A DNA stretch of 63,664 nucleotides, filler included, from Octopus bimaculoides (lineage: Eukaryota), in NCBI RefSeq assembly GCF_001194135.2. It is 6 parts of 6 records of this genome, joined end to end, with 100 filler letters (N's around TTAATTAATTAA, not from the genome) between each part and the next. Parts side by side here need not be neighbours in the genome. Positions count along the whole stretch, not along the records: positions 52,711 to 62,355 come from NC_068983.1; positions 62,456 to 63,664 come from NC_069006.1; 4 more parts are not named here. One strand, given 5' to 3'. Positions 61,241-63,664 of this stretch are shown one piece after another. Within the stretch, counting starts at the first letter, position 1; each line of letters begins with the position of its first letter. The position numbers were made by a program, and so were the translations under genes. A model generated the notes under the pieces. It worked only from the letters and a program-made list of their open reading frames with translations. It was not told where the DNA came from and made no database searches.

Positions 61241-62455
61241 CTATATAGCAAATACTAGAAAGTAATTTACATTGTAGTTATAATGATGTTGTCGTGGATG
61301 GTGTTTGTCTGCTTCAACACACCTGAGATCAGGAATATTTCGGTCACTTTATTGGATTCTAGGAATCATTTCATAAATGAGGTTGTAAATTGTATTATTT
61401 GATTGTTGTTCGTAGCCGATCGAGCAATCAAGTGAAGACTCTCCTGTTATATCAACAGCTTGTTTTTTTCTGCTCAGAGATTGAAGTTACAAATTCGTAA
61501 TCTCCTATTGTACAATTTCAGATGAAAATTAATTTCCGCTATAATTATGTGCAGTTAGAACAGTGACCCATTTTATTCATTATATTAGTTCATTCACAGA
61601 GAGGTTTTTGGGTAGGATATTGAATAATCGTCTACCGAATGGAAATGTTGCCAGCTCATACACTGCTACAGACAGTGGATTTCATCTGGAATCAATAAGT
61701 TATTCACATACGTTTCACTGTTCGGAGAACTAAATAGGCGTCATGATGCTGTAAGAATCCCTCGATAGGAGTAGCAACAGAAAATTGAATCGTAAGTGTA
61801 GTTTCAAGTAACATAAAGTCAACTTTTATTTGTACAGCTAGATACTCGCTTAACGATCAAAGATGCAGTAGGTCCAGAAAAATCAGTTCTTTCTGAACTG
61901 ATACTAATGAAATGATTCATCTTTCCTCATCAATTATTCTGCCTGTCTCCCTCTGATCACGTGTCTCTTATTATTACCCTATAAAAATAGAAATCTGGTT
62001 TGGCACAATCATTTAGGTAGATGCATCCTATTCCCTAAACATTATTAACCAATTCCAAACTACATACACAACTTCCACCCCCATCAGGTAAAAAATGTGC
62101 ACGGCCTAATTGTGGCACCTACCCCTACCTACTTGAAGGCTCTGAATTTACCTTCAAACGAGGAACAGAGTTTAAAATTAAAACCAATTTCTCTTGTTCC
62201 TCGAGTAACCTCATTTATGTCCTTACTTGCGCAGTTTGCCAAAACTTCTATATCGGACAGACGAGCCTCCCATTACGTAGAAGAGTAGCTGTCCATAAGG
62301 AACAAATAAACCTCCCTCAATACCGCCAAATTCCACTCAGTGGCCACATAGACTCNNNNNNNNNNNNNNNNNNNNNNNNNNNNNNNNNNNNNNNNNNNNT
62401 TAATTAATTAANNNNNNNNNNNNNNNNNNNNNNNNNNNNNNNNNNNNNNNNNNNN

Positions 62456-62524
<69 letters not shown>

Positions 62525-62647
62525 CTCTTTTAAATCACTTCGAACAACTTCGGTGACTTCGTGCAGTTGTCTATCCATTTTATATTTTAAGGAATATTTA
62601 CCAAAATTCCAAACATTCTTATATTCGCACTGACAGAATCGCATGCA

Positions 62648-63128
62648 TCATCTGTGTGGCTGAGATGGTCGCTTTGTAACCAGGTGGTTTCGGGTTCAGA
62701 CACACTGCGCTGCACCTGCGGCCCTGGACGAACCAGTACCTTGTGAAAGAATTTGGTTGTCTGATATTGTGTGTATGTATGCACGTACGTGTGTATGTAT
62801 GTATATGTGTATGTATGTATGTACGTATGTATGTACGTATGTATGTACGTACGTATGTAGCTATGTGTGAGTGTGTGCATGTGTGTACGCGCGCGTGTGT
62901 TTCTATGTATGTGTATATCTTCGTCTTTGTGTTTGTCCTCATACCGTGTGACACACGAAGCTGTGTTCTTACATCGCCGTAACTTAGCAGTTTGGCAAAC
63001 AGAAACCGATAGAACAAGTATCAGACTTTAAAAATTAACCCTGAAATCGTTTCTTTCGCCTTACTTGCATAAAACCCAGCCAAGGCGGTGCCCCAGCAGA
63101 ACTGCAGTTCAAAAACTGGAACAAGTAG
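62648..63128 (+). mobile_element. SINE family A (diverged, expanded internal microsatellite)
   Basis: ggtttcgggttcagacacactgcg...(ATGT)n...cgtaacttagcagtttggcaaac...aaggcggtgccccagca...gaacaagta. Confidence 0.8.
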
Positions 63129-63627
63129 GACTTACCAGCAACAGATGGCGTGTTGGCAGAACCGGATAGGGAGTCTCTCGTAAAAGTTCCTTTCTTTAAT
63201 TGTCCGTGTTCGAGTCCCAGCGGTGTCACTGTCTTTTCTCTTTCTCTTTTAACTTTCCATTTGAGTGTCAATGAATCATCGGAATCGGGAGCTTGGACCG
63301 ATGAATTCTCACTTATTCTATCACTATTCTTTCTCTCATAGTATCTCTCTATCATTCGGTCTGTGAATTACGTTAAAGTTAGACGGCTACACGGGCCTAT
63401 AGCATATTCTGATATTTACACGTTAATTAATACGAATTCCTTTGGAACTCGGGTGAAAGACAGAAAACGCATCTTCTTATCAATGACTCTTCCCTCATCA
63501 AGTGCTGTGTTTCTTCTCAGCTCGTTTCTCTTTGTATTCCTATTAATTATTCCCATGTGCATTTCTGTGTGTAAACCACCATGATGTTTGCAGGTATATA
63601 TATAAATACATACATCACATACATACT

Positions 63628-63664
<37 letters not shown>

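Noticed and set aside
61616-61800. Possible exon (ILNNRLPNGNVASSYTATDSGFHLES...) with nearby GTAAG donors
   Set aside because: The acceptor has no polypyrimidine tract, the frame closes before the donors, and I recognise no homology.
63138-63230. tRNA-Ser/Leu-like gene
   Set aside because: It has A- and B-box-like motifs, but the acceptor and anticodon stems do not pair well. More likely an old SINE head.

Overview
This is an AT-rich, microsatellite-rich eukaryotic scaffold with many N gaps. The SINE families look to me like those of octopod cephalopods (Octopus); that is pattern recognition, not a database hit. I found no intact host protein-coding gene, rRNA, tRNA or CRISPR array. Most ORFs in the supplied track come from simple repeats or N gaps. 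The interpretable content is mobile-element debris. It includes several tRNA-derived SINE families, two internally deleted Helitrons with intact termini, and two RTE LINE bodies. It also includes an APE-type LINE with a probable CCCH-finger ORF1, a Penelope GIY-YIG fragment, and piggyBac, hAT-like, Merlin-like and Tc1/mariner transposase remnants, plus several MITEs. The most unusual item is a GG-terminated fold-back element family with 8-bp target-site duplications (1482-1942 and 8794-9595). It carries telomeric repeats, and the second copy has inverted (TTAGGG)n...(CCCTAA)n arrays. Also notable are two degenerate minimal hammerhead-ribozyme motifs and a SINE-derived tandem array at 0.2-2.6 kb. 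Five 100-bp gaps contain an artificial TTAATTAATTAA spacer, so contiguity across them is not guaranteed. Most coordinates were read by eye and may be off by a few bases.
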